Below, piece by piece: positions 53,001-64,000 of a stretch of DNA of 64,000 bases; within the stretch, counting starts at the first letter, position 1; every line of letters starts with the position of its first letter. The DNA is from Antedon mediterranea (Eukaryota; Animalia; Echinodermata). A program made the position numbers and the translations under genes. The notes beneath the pieces are model-generated. The model was not told the DNA's origin. It did no database searches and saw only the letters and a program-made list of their open reading frames with translations. The stretch covers positions 518,101 to 582,100 of the forward strand of contig NC_092677.1 of NCBI RefSeq assembly GCF_964355755.1. Reading direction: 5' to 3'.

Positions 53001-56000
53001 GAGTTGTTTCAAATTGAAGTCAGGTGTGTTTTCCCTATTTCAAACACTGTGTTGTAATTTAATCTCTCTACTACGGATCGAAGGCTCAGGAGTTTCCACT
53101 AGTCACCGCCGCCGCAAAGGAGTCAGGTTCATTCAAGCGTACAAAGCCTCTAAACATTTTACACTCGTTGTGATTGGAAGTTCGTCCATTTATTGCATGC
53201 TGTCTTACCCAATCACACAAAAGGACACCAAACACACAGCACAGTGTGACGCGCGGACGACACAAACCTCGTGGAAAATCACCTCCGTTTTAAGGAAGGA
53301 ATATAAAAAAACAATTGTACCGCCGTACACAGAAGTTAGCCAAGGCGGGCGCGGCAGATACAAAGGATTGACGTCGCGCAGTCATCAGCATTTTTTAGGC
53401 AGTATAATGGTTATATCATGATTACTAAATAATGTAATTAATGATATATATAATAATATCTATTCATTATATAGATTAAACAGCAGTATCAGTATTGTTG
53501 ATCAGTAGATTTAATACTTTATTCCAGATTCTGATTATCGAAAATTATATCAGAGAAAATACCGCAACTTTTCCTACGAAGTAGCTTCGTAGATAAAACA
53601 GGCTTTGTTGTTGGCTTTGTAGCTTACATTTTGGCTTCGTTAGTAACCTCACACAACCTCACAATGTTCTTAGTAAGTAACAAGGTGTGAAAATTATTAT
53701 TTAATGTGTTAATTTTGACTGGCGGAGGAGGACCAATTTGTACATTACTAAGAAATATATAATATAATATTTTTTATTCGTAAATGTTTCATTCGTGTGT
53801 GTTTTTTTACTCTCAACGGCGAATATAAATTTCCCACAATGTAAACTTAGAGACACGATCCAACACAATGAACTATGCCAACTAATAAAAATAATATAGC
53901 GAACGTCCAGTCATCCAAAAACATGCAAACAAAAAGATCGTAAACAATTCATTCTAAATATAGTATCAGAACGTTCAATCGGTCGCTCAAAAAGACTGCC
54001 GACAGAAGACCTCATGGAACGCGATACTCTGTTTTACCACCGCAAACCTCTCGCGTGGCTACAAAACAGAGTACTTGTACCTGAATTTTGCGTCACATGA
54101 AACGTAATACAGCTCTAAACTGTTCCCATGATTCGCACGTTTTTCCCCTCCAAATTCTGGTCGGGCCTTTTATCGTAATAATAATTTACAAAGGCCTATG
54201 TTAAATCTTAACATGGAATATATATTTATTTTGCATATTTGTTGGTGTCCTAGCCAAGGTGGTGTTGTTTTCATAATTCGCTAAACCAAGGTAGGATTGA
54301 ATGGCCGGATTGAATCATGTAGGCCGCCGAAACTCTCTCTGCGTGAGTTGAGGGCCTCGGGTCCGGTGTCGTCTCGTCGGCGGATGTCCTGCCAAATTAG
54401 GACAACCGATGTGTAGGGCGGCTACAAAAATTAACGTCTTCTAGGATTTTAATTAGCCAACAATACATGTTTGTTGCCATTGTTCATGCTCCTAAACTTA
54501 AAGGCGATGACATTGGTGTATCGACGCGTAGATATTATCATAAACAATACATCGTAGGCAACGAACAATACTTTGTAAATAAGTTGCAGGATACGTTTAG
54601 AGAACAATCACCTACAATCTATTTACGCGTAGGCTACGAAAGGTTTACGCGTATACAAAGCAGTAATTTCTTTCTGTACCATGAATATAAGTGGCGCATC
54701 AGGACCAGTGCCTAAAATGTGCATAACCCAATTTATGTGCTCAGAAATCGATTGAAACAACCTATATTTACTTAAAAAGCCCCCCCCCCCCCCGAATCGG
54801 GGGGTTGGCTTTCGTTTTTATACACCCCCCACCCCCCCATTCGAGGGAAGGGGGTTAGTTGTCGATGAAAAGGTGCTACTAAAAAAATTGGTGGTACTAT
54901 CCAAAATTATTATGAGCCATCATACAAATTTGATAGTGCTACCAAGTAAAAAAGTTAATTTGCAGCCCTGCAGAACATTCATTATTTGAACACCTACTAT
55001 TTTACTAAATTTTATTTAATTATTCCATCCTGAATCATCGTCCAAGGCTAGGCTGGGTGGGAAGCTAGGCCATTAAAAAAGGCAGCACTCCAATACTGTT
55101 ATTGACCGCGTGCACTACATGTGCATGGCAAAAAGTATCACCATTTTTACAAAAAAGCTCATTCGTTCATTGTTTTGTTCAATGCAATTGGCACACGATG
55201 AGTAATCAACTATTCACGAATATAAGAAGTGTTTTATAAAATAAGGTAGCCTAATTATTGTAATACCAAACTGACAAAAAGTAATCAATGAATAGAATAT
55301 AAAAATTAGAGCACACATACCATTGTACAAAATAAATTTCCCAGTTCCGGTATAAAGTTTTACATTTATAAATGAAATATAAAAATTTAACAAAAATCTT
55401 ACCAGATATTGTGATTTTGGCTGAATAAGTTGTTGATCCAATGCTGTTTGTAACTGTCAAATTAACAAAATAAAAAGCACCATCAACTTCTGATTCCGAC
55501 ACTTTTACTGTAAATGTTGATCCATTGTTGACAGCATCTTCGTTTCCAGGAAGATCAGTAGTCCAAAGATAAGTGAGGTCTGAAGGATTAGCTGTTCCAC
55601 TGAATGTCTTTGTAACAGTTTCACCAGGGGAAACAATCTGATCATTTATATCATTATCATCATTAGCAACAGGTTTAACTGAAAAACAGTGAAATACAAT
55701 TTATTATTTATAAAAAATTTACCACAAATATCAAACAACAATGATGTAGCTTACTATACCACATTAACTAGCTTAATGGGGTGGTCGGTATGTAAATATG
55801 GATTTCAACCAATGAAACGAACATCATTGTTTTCAGAAATATTACAAGACGTCAGTTGATTCTTCATGAGATTATCTTATCTTGTAAATATGTTTTTTTC
55901 AGTACAGCTCAAATACCTACAATATTCTAATGGGCATTTCCATGAGAAATGGACATGACCTGAAAATATCATTCTCAGTAATTATAAATTCTATACCTTT

Positions 56001-58053
56001 CCTGCATTAAAGTTATACTTCTATGAACAAAAATAATTATTGTAATTTCTTTAATATTTCTCAAAATATGAAGAAAATAGCAACACGATTTCAACAAAAG
56101 CACTAATTTACGTAACACAAGTTACAAAAACATAAAGTTTTTCTCTCAGATATGAATTTTTTTTTTTGGATAAAAGGAAAAGACTTAGCCGCACTTGCAT
56201 ATCTATCAATTATTGTTGATCGAAATGGGCCTTAAAGACTGTCCACGAGAGGACATTCACATTCAACTACTTTAGGTAGTGCATTGTATCTCTCTTTTTG
56301 TCATAACTTTCCATAAAAACGTACATTTAAGACAAGCAATGACCGGGTATAATGTTTTTAAAGTAATATAATATTTTTACAAAACGACAAAAATTGTAGG
56401 GAATGGGTCTTTGTTAGTTTATATTTAATTTGTACGTGCACAACCCAGGAAAGGAAAACTATGTTGATCTGTATAAATAAAGTTGAACTTGAAAACTTTT
56501 TCAAATGTCTCGGGGTTAAAAAAACAACTAACAAACTACAAAAGAAAATAAAAATCAATAAACAAATATAGAAAACAACAAATTGGCAAATCAAAGGACG
56601 TTCGGCAAAAAAATTATTTTTACAGGCTTTGGACACACTTGGTACATACAAACTAGGAGGCAGGGTTTAGACAAATAATATCAAATATGTATTTTCGGTA
56701 TTGATTGATATTGATTTGTTTAGCACAAAATTACTCTAGAAACATTCAATCTGTGATCTACTTGAAATAAACCAAAAGTTTACTTACATTGTACTTCTAG
56801 GTTTCTATTGTCACTTTTCTGTTTGTTACCAACACCATTATCCGCCTCGCACTTATAACTGCCTCCATCAGTACGACTCACTGATGGAATTGTAAACGTA
56901 CATGAACCATCATGTGGTAGTACGTCACCATCTTTTATAAAGTTGCACATAGCTTCTGGACTCGAATCCACAACACAGGTCATGACAACTTCATCTCCTT
57001 CAGTTACAAGTGTCAAAAAGTTAATTTCGGGTTTATCTAAATCTATAAAATTTAAGGATAATTTATATTATTAGGCAATATTTGGTAAAATTTAAAGAAT
57101 ACAGTAAGTTAATGAGTAAAAACAATATTGTTTAATCTTCTATCAACATATTCTTTTTTGTCTTCACTTAATAAACTGTTAAGGAGTGGAACGATAAGAG
57201 ACATTTTAAACTAGGATTCCTCTTTAAACCTTTGACCGTCCTATCCTATTGACAAACAGCATTTCAATTTGTGAGAATTATGAGACTCAAGTTATGTACC
57301 ACACCTAATTAAGGAGTTACTGTACTCACAATTTACAGTCAGGGTGCATATATCATCATCAATTGATGGACTATCTCCAACTAAATTTGCACTACATTGA
57401 TATGTTCCACTGTCACTTCTGTGAGTGTTGGTAATTACAAGAGTAGTGTCATTTTCAACACTAAATCTGTCAGTGTAACCTGGTTCTACTGTTCCAAATC
57501 CACCCTGATAATTGGCTATTAAATCATTTGCCCCATTGGTAACATTATACCATGCTACAACAGGAACGGCTCCACTGCTAGCTGGTACAATGTTACATGT
57601 TATTCTTGCTTCAGATCCTTCAGCTACATCTACGTCATCAACAGACACCGTTACAGCAGAACATTTGTCTAACCAAACTATAATATAATGGAAAAACATG
57701 AATAATGTTTACTGCAGTCGAGTTTTAAGGAATTTTTCATACATAAAGTAAAAAAGGAGAATAGGATAACCATTTATGATGTCTTTTATGATAAATGATA
57801 TTTTGACACAAATAATCAATTAACGTCATGATTATATTACAATAATATCGTGATGATACAACAATTCTATTGTTATTGTTCTAGCCTTTAAAGCTACAAC
57901 AATTTTTTGTTAGAAAACCAGATAATTGTTTGTGTGTGTACATAAATGATAATTGATCGCCAATTTTGAGGTCTGTCAATCAATGACTATACGTACAGTA
58001 AACCTACCTGTGATACCAATGATGAAAACATAGAGAATATCTTTTAATGTCAT
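34887..58053 (-). CDS. Gene D: IgV-Ig-(Cys-less Ig/PKD-like)-7xEGF-like-Thr stalk-TM-cytoplasmic Ig-ITIM/ITSM receptor, ~874 aa, 19 coding exons
   Basis: Exons: 58053-58008 (MTLKDILYVFIIGIT), 57677-57330, 57042-56788, 55678-55403, 52436-52329, 51922-51800, 51457-51341, 50745-50656, 50174-50049, 49706-49578, 49098-48976, 44116-44090, 42000-41941, 40415-40323 (TM), 39854-39821, 39340-39045 (Ig), 38720-38699, 38421-38211, 35027-34887. All GT-AG, 2625 nt in frame. Extra micro-exons in the long introns cannot be excluded. Confidence 0.82.
38211..38421 (-). CDS. Gene D cytoplasmic exon with two Tyr motifs
   Basis: GGDLYTEVNL and PGDLYAKVEM; phase 2-0. Confidence 0.85.
39045..39340 (-). CDS. Gene D post-TM Ig-domain exon
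   Basis: GCLQVEF...FDWYK...RWSVADDGSLKIPNVKEDDDGYYLCEM; phase 2-1 fits the flanking micro-exons. Confidence 0.8.
40323..40415 (-). CDS. Gene D transmembrane exon
   Basis: VVTDEDTVNTAAIAGGVAGAAALFIIVGIVI; ctcag|...|gtaagt. Confidence 0.85.
48976..52436 (-). CDS. Gene D EGF-like exon array (7 phase 1-1 exons)
   Basis: e.g. DPCSSNPCDNAGTC...CTCTSYFSGPNCE; QCQNGGTC...CQCPQGFNGTFC; CSLLCQNEGIC...CICPIDFEGDLCE; CSLLCLNGGIC...CICLNGYEGINCE. Confidence 0.88.
52890..54970. mobile_element. Non-autonomous hAT-like DNA transposon (2081 bp) with apparent 5-bp TSD
   Basis: 16-bp perfect TIR cagggctgcaaattaa; cagaa on both flanks (52885-52889, 54971-54975); GC-richer interior with no transposase ORF. Confidence 0.75.
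55403..55678 (-). CDS. Gene D domain-3 exon (cysteine-free Ig/PKD-like)
   Basis: VSPGETVTKTFSGTANPSDLTYLW...YFVNLTVTNSIGSTTYSAKITIS; 276 nt, phase 1-1. Confidence 0.85.
56788..57042 (-). CDS. Gene D Ig domain-2 exon
   Basis: VTEGDEVVMTC...DGGSYKCEADNGVG; 255 nt. Confidence 0.92.
57330..57677 (-). CDS. Gene D IgV exon
   Basis: VAEGSEARITC...AWYNVTNG...DRFSV...LVITNTHRSDSGTYQC; 348 nt. Confidence 0.92.
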
Positions 58054-59590
58054 ATTTGAAATTAGTGCCTGTGAAAAGATAAACACTTTTTGCCATTACA
58101 ATTTTATTTTGTTTTATTTTTTCTATGCATGTCTTATTTATAAGAAACGTAAGTGAACTATGTTTATACGTACAGTATTTCACATTTTTATATAAAGTTT
58201 GCGGTACACCATGATATTTAGTTCTAAGGATGATCAAAGTGTATTGATAAAAATGTTGAGAAACTCAACAGTTCTTAAGAAATTAAATATACTTGGTGTA
58301 CTGCACACTTTATATCAAATATTGATTTAGCCATAAACCTTCAAACAATAGTATTTCATATCTGTTTCTGGTTGAAGCTAATTGCAGCCTACAAACACAT
58401 TTCTTTATTATTCAACATCATTATTAAATGAGTACTGAATCTATCTTTTCATTACTGCATTTTCCTGGTAAGACAGGTGATGAACTTGATTATTTGACAT
58501 TCTTTGTAATTTTAAATTTTATTGATAATGATCTTAACAGTGGCGTGTCTAGAGTGTGAATAGGGTGGCTAGCCACCCACCTTAATTCTCAAAAAAAAAG
58601 ATGCAACCGTTGCTAGACATGGATTCGACGCACCTGACTTTTTTTAATTAAGAAGAGTAGGCTAGAGCTAGCATTATAGTTATAGTGTAAATAGGCCTAC
58701 TGTACATAGTGAAAGAGCTAAGAGTTTAATTACTACTATTTATGAATTCAAGAGGGGCGTATGAAGGTTTTTTATATACTGTAATAATGGTATGCAGTAT
58801 AAACCATAAAAATAAACGAGAAACATGGTGTTCTTTTATTATTTCACAATCACAGGCATAAAATAAACATGAAATGTCTTGTATGTACACGGCCGAAAAA
58901 AAACTATGTGGTGTATTTGGCGTTTTATTGATTTGTGTTATAGACACGGCGATTACTGCAATCACTGTATACTAAATTATATCAGTTATTCACCCGGCTG
59001 TAGGGTATATATCTGAGGCCACCTAAGCACAGTACACAAGAAATGCACTATATCGAGGCATTTTCGGAGTACCGAATTACCAAATGTTCATTTCGTTTGA
59101 AAGTGTTTTTTGATCGTAGGCTACGTACGTATGTGTCTTTTATTTTATATGCAACAAATTACGTAAAACAATTGATTAATTAACATTCAGTTTTACTATT
59201 AGTATTACAATGAACATTTGATTACAAGCCCGGAAAGGCAACCCCATTATTATCTATTATAAAATTGCATCATTTAAAAATTAGAACATATGTATTCGAT
59301 CAATTAATTTTTATTGGTTCCATTTAAAAAATAGGTACATAATTGTAATAATGATGACATGCGTGTGTCGTACAACTGTGTACGTATTTCGTGCCTCTTC
59401 ACTATTTAATTTAAAATTCAATAAACACCTGATTATGAGGATATTTATTAGTGTAAAGGCAGTATGCGTAAACTAGCAAACAGTTACGTAATAGAGAGAA
59501 ATGGCGAACCGACGTCTAAAATCCGAGTGGGTATAAAATCATAACAAACCGTTGAGGGCGGCACATTTCTTATGTTTATACACGTGAATC

Positions 59591-61154
59591 ATGGCGTCGT
59601 CTAACCAATGTTGTTGCTGTAACGCTCATAATTCTTGTTGTATTTGTGTATTTACACGTGAGTTAAATTTTAAAAAATCATTGATAAATGTTCCCAAATT
59701 CACTCCGCTTACTATGGCGGGTTGGATTTCAAAAGGGGTAAAGGAGACCGACGGTAAATCGTGGACTTTTTTTAAGGAAAAATACGTACACGGTGGGGTT
59801 ATTGCCCATGTGCCTAGGACGGATGGCCAAGGCACAGATTATGTTATACAGGCATATTGCTATCGCAGCCAAAGAAAACGACAAAGCCCATATTGTAGCT
59901 CTTGTGTTGCAGGGTCAGGAGGGCTGTGTAATCACGTACTGGCCATAATTTATCAGTTTTTGGACTAAAGTTCAGATGGCTTGAGTGAAATTCCGTCGGA
60001 TATTTCGTGCACAAGTAAACCACAAGAGTGGAATATACCTAGGCAGGACCCAATCATTCCTTTGCCTGTAATGGGTACACATTATGCAAATGCAGAAACT
60101 GACAGGCATGGTAGAAAAAGGCTACCTGTTTTTTGTAAACTTTATGATCCACGACGAAAATATTTAAAGGAAACCTTTGATGAAATAGGAGTTATTCCTG
60201 CGATTACGAGAATGAGAGAAAATTGCGATGAAATTTCTCCGCCACCATTTTCCTATTTACTAACTGATCAGGAACCATCAGTATCTTACGAAACACCACT
60301 AGGAAGTGTGCCGCTAGGCTCTTGTCTTTCCTATCAACTGGCAACAGATGCGGGAAAACAAAGAGTGACAATGTTTTTCTCTAAGGATACTGGGCCTCTC
60401 ATACTCATAACAGAATGTAAAGGTTTTCCAGATTTAGCAATGGGTTGTGGACGTTATAATTTTCAGGATATGGATAAGGAGTGGTTAGGTCAGATAGCCG
60501 TTGATCTCGAAAATGCGAGAGTAATGAATGGAGAGAACAGAGAAAATTGCGATTGACATCGTCAAAATTTGGTAAAATCAACAGTCGTGTGAAAGGTGCT
60601 AATGTATCGTTTTATAAGGCTATATTTAATAGCAAAAATATTGGACATATCCGGTCTGTTATAGCCATGGAAGTGCAAATGAAAAACCAGCATTAAAAAT
60701 ATATGCAACAGAGTCTGCAAAACGGGTTAATAACTTCATGGTTTACGATAGTGGACTGGTGATTAATCCAGATTTACCACACCTTGGTGCTACACCAGAT
60801 GGAAAAGTATATGACCCTTCTTCTAATCCCTGCTATGGACTTGTGGAAATTAAATGCCCACTTACTAAAAAAAGCCAAACATTAGAAGATGCTATAAGCG
60901 ATGGTGACTTTTATATCCATCGGGTTGATGGCAAGCTGGAGTTGAAAAAAAAACATAAAATGGGTTATTATGAACAAATACAAGGGCAAATGGCGATCAC
61001 AGGTTTGACCTGGTGTGATTTTGTTGTGTATTTGTCAGATTCTAGACAAATGGCAGTTTTGAGAGTTAAGTCCAATGAACAATATTGGAACAGTCTCCTT
61101 CTTAAATTAAACAAATTTTACAAGCATTCTATTCCTTATCTAAAACGAATGTAA
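59591..61154 (+). pseudogene. ISL2EU SWIM zinc finger + YqaJ/lambda-exonuclease ORF, disrupted
   Basis: SWIM-like CVAGSGGLCNHV; in-frame TAA at 59966-59968; frameshifts near 60520 and 60660 join WREQRKLRLTSSKFG, HGSANE and LGATPDG...VEIKCP...YYEQIQGQMAITGLTWCDFVV. Confidence 0.85.
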
Positions 61155-61603
61155 GATGTTTGTTGAAGTAAACTATGTAAATAAAAAGTTTATATAAAAT
61201 TAAAGTGTATAAAAAACATTTATTAAACCAAGTTTGTAATCAGTATTATACAGTTCGAAAGCACTATTTTTTCTTATGTATTGCATATTATATGTTATTT
61301 ACAGTGTTGCATTTAAAAAAACAAGGTGAAAATTAAATATAAAGTTTTGTAATCAATATTACACAGAAAGCACCATTTTTTCTTATGTATTATAATGTAT
61401 AAAAATGAATACTGATAAGTTTCAAGCTGAATGATACACAATGTTATTTACAGTGTTAAATATAAAAGAACTGTCCTGTTTAAAATAAAAAAAACAAGGT
61501 GAAAACTAAATATAAAGTTTTGTAATCTCTCTGTATCATTATTTCTTTTGTATTGCAATACTGTATATTAATACTTAAGGGCAGTAATGTACTTGCCACA
61601 TTG

Positions 61604-63189
61604 CTAATTTGTCCTACTACTTGTCGCTGCTTCAAAATCTACGTTTTCATTATCTTCATTTGTCAGGATAGGGTTCTGAAAGTTTGACAACAGACAAACA
61701 ACAGTCCAAACTTGGTTTAATGTGCCAAACATTGCTACTGGAAGTGTTGATTTGAAAATCATGAACGTTTTTATTTTTCCAATAGCCCTTTCAATGTGAA
61801 TGCGATGTTTTGCTACAGTCTGGATTTTAATTACGTCATGTACGTTGAAGTTACCCTTCTCCCTCAGGAAAGGTGGTGAATTTAACTTTAAACCCATAGC
61901 CCTTAGTTCATCCTCAATAAGAAAACCACGATCAGCCATAACAATGTCACCTTTATGAATTTCACCGCAATTAATTTTTGCCTTTAAAACATTTAGGAAC
62001 CCACTTCTATTGACGAGTTCTTTGTCACTGATTGACCCCTCAAATAATTGTGAAACAAAGATAACCCCTCCCTTAGGATCAACACCAAGAAGCCCTTTCA
62101 TGGTAGTGTGGTGCTTATATTGTGAGTAGCTTTCACTTTGTTTTTGTAGAGAACTTGGGATTTGAATGAAAAGCTCTGTAGCATCTATTATAATAACTGT
62201 ATTTGGATACTTCTTAAAAAATTTTGTTGGCGCATGCTTCAGTATGATATCACGATGTGGCCATATTTTAAGGGACCCAAGAGTTGTATAAAGTAGATTT
62301 ACATGTGTGATTACTTTATTTGACACTGTTCCTTCGGCAATGTTGAACCGGACTGCTAGGTCGATATTTGAACACCCTGTTCGTAGTTTCATCAATGTCA
62401 GTAGTAACTCATTCCAAACAGTCATCTTGCGACTTTTCTGGCGGGTATCGTCTAGACTATCGGTCTCGTCTTCAGTGTTCTCTAAACCAACCTCAAGCAA
62501 TTGCTTCATGTTAACCCGCCTTCTTTTACAAGCTTTGGTGTTCCAATAAACAATATCATCATTGCCAAATGTTGGTATAACAAATTGAGCAAAATCAATG
62601 AAACGCTGTTTTGACGGGAACCCAGTAAAATGCATGAAAATGTTGTACTCCATTTTTTCTGTATGACACTTATAGTAGAGTTGGTTTACTGAGAATGAGT
62701 GATGGCATTCTTCTTCTACTTCATCTTCTTCATCTTCAGTATAATCCACTTTTCTGTATTGAGTTGACTTTGAAATAATTTCTGGATTTTCAGAGAAAAT
62801 GTCGCATTCTCCCTCAGAAGCGGTATCTGTTTCATCCTCTTGCTCGGCCCTGAAATCTTCACGCTTTTTAAAGGCAGACCGTACTTCATCATCCTCTGAA
62901 GATGACTCGCCAGCTGCAGGTATGGTCCAAGCAAATTTTGAAGGTGCACTATCTGGTTTTAGTCGACGCCGTCTGTTTTTTGATGTTGGGTTACAGAAAT
63001 CTTGTTGATGAAAATGACTTGAGCACACCTTTGCAGATGATGTTAACGACAAATGCCGTTTGTCTCTTTTTATGCGGTTGAACCATTTATTTCTTAGGAG
63101 ATGGTTGTGTGACGTACACTGTGATATGACAGTTCGGGATGTTCGGATGACACATTGTTGCAACCAAATGCAATACAGTAGTGTGGCAT
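61604..63189 (-). pseudogene. ISL2EU THAP-domain DDE (DDE_Tnp_4/HARBI1-like) transposase with a 1-bp frameshift in THAP
   Basis: Catalytic motifs IIDATE, MADRGF, RIHIERAIG; THAP C-part KW...VCSSHF...LKPDSAPS. The THAP N-terminus MPHYCIAFGCNN...LSYH starts at ATG 63189 in another frame and joins at ~63113. Confidence 0.85.
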
Positions 63190-64000
63190 TATATAACTGA
63201 AAATAAACCAATAAAACAATGAAATATGTATAAAAGTCATCCATCATTCACAATCATATTCCTAAAAATATCTCATATCTGTAGGTCTACATTAGACTAG
63301 GCCTATAATATTATAGTAGAATGGTGTTATCAAGTATTCAGTACTGGCGGTAGCCCCCCCCCCCCCCCCCCTACAGGAAGCATCACTAGCCACATAACAA
63401 AATGGCAGTTGTTGTCAAGCTGAAACTAATGCTAGGTCTACATCTACTAGAGATGCTCTATTTAGTCTTACTACCTAGCTAGGAGAGGCTTAGCAGCACC
63501 CTAGCTAAAGTAGTAGTACAGTATGCAATAACGAATTTCCAATATTATTATTGTATTATAATAACCGATAATCCGTGCAAGGCTCGAGTACTCAAGGTAC
63601 TACAGCATACAGGCCAACTACAGTATTTATTACTATTTTAGGGCCTAGCCTAGAGCTGGGTACAGTATATAACAAAAACGCGTCTTAATTCAACCCAAAT
63701 TAAAATAAAATATGTTAAGATTTGCCCATATAACATTAAAATTGTTAAGGGTGTTGCAAAAAAAAAAGATACTGCTATTATGTGTGTTTTAAACGTTCTT
63801 TTCTACCTACCTTTTTAACTCAACCCATCGGAATTTCCCATACAAAAACATGTGGCGAAATGGTTTGTTTACAATCTATACCCACTCGGTGAAATTTGAG
63901 TGACGTCATCGCGGTTCGCCATTTCTCTCTATTGTTGTATCTGGGTTGATTTGCATAAATGCCAGGCAACGTCGACGTATAATAGAATCTCACTGGCTAG

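Larger units (their letters stand above)
59493..63930. mobile_element. Full-length ISL2EU (PIF/Harbinger-related) DNA transposon, 4438 bp
   Basis: TIR agagagaaatggcgaaccg (59493-59511 / 63912-63930) extending imperfectly (ccgagtgggtata...aacaaacc); AT dinucleotide on both flanks; two convergent ORFs (DDE transposase and YqaJ-like exonuclease), the known ISL2EU layout. Confidence 0.88.

Noticed and set aside
53014-54715. ORFs of 135 aa and 82 aa inside the hAT-like element
   Set aside because: No transposase or other domain motifs.
59591-61154. YqaJ recombinase as evidence of a phage/viral insertion or Kolobok element
   Set aside because: It is enclosed with a Harbinger-type DDE transposase by shared TIRs with an AT (not TTAA) TSD, which fits ISL2EU.
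63190-63247. Hydrophobic N-terminus MMDDFYTYFIVLLVYFQ of the 547-aa ORF suggesting a membrane-anchored transposase
   Set aside because: It is read-through of an intron polypyrimidine tract; the real THAP start is at 63189 in another frame.

Overview
AT-rich, intron-containing animal (probably invertebrate) genomic DNA, not prokaryotic; most short ORFs in the track are noise or single exons. Hand splicing with GT-AG sites and phase checks gives four complete single-pass membrane-protein genes. (A) 671-3918 +: a 166-aa mucin/proteoglycan-like protein with an ITIM-like tail. (B) 24348-8225 -: a ~578-aa IgV-Ig-(Cys-less Ig/PKD-like)-stalk-Ig-TM receptor with a Tyr-rich tail. (C) 30304-27111 -: a 133-aa Shisa-like/STMC6-type protein. 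(D) 58053-34887 -: a ~874-aa paralog of B with 7 EGF-like exons, a TM, an Ig domain placed after the TM (apparently cytoplasmic, B-strand Cys lost) and a tandem ITIM+ITSM tail. B and D share their N-terminal three domains but have different signalling tails, suggesting a paired-receptor immune/recognition cluster. Introns hold many mobile elements: a Helentron-type HINE with a nested Tc1/mariner-type element, a P-like element whose TSD duplicates a splice donor, a hAT-like element with a 5-bp TSD, a decayed CR1/L2-like LINE and small MITEs. A full-length ISL2EU transposon (59493-63930; THAP-DDE transposase plus SWIM-YqaJ exonuclease) has both ORFs disrupted. All gene models are manual and untested against transcripts.
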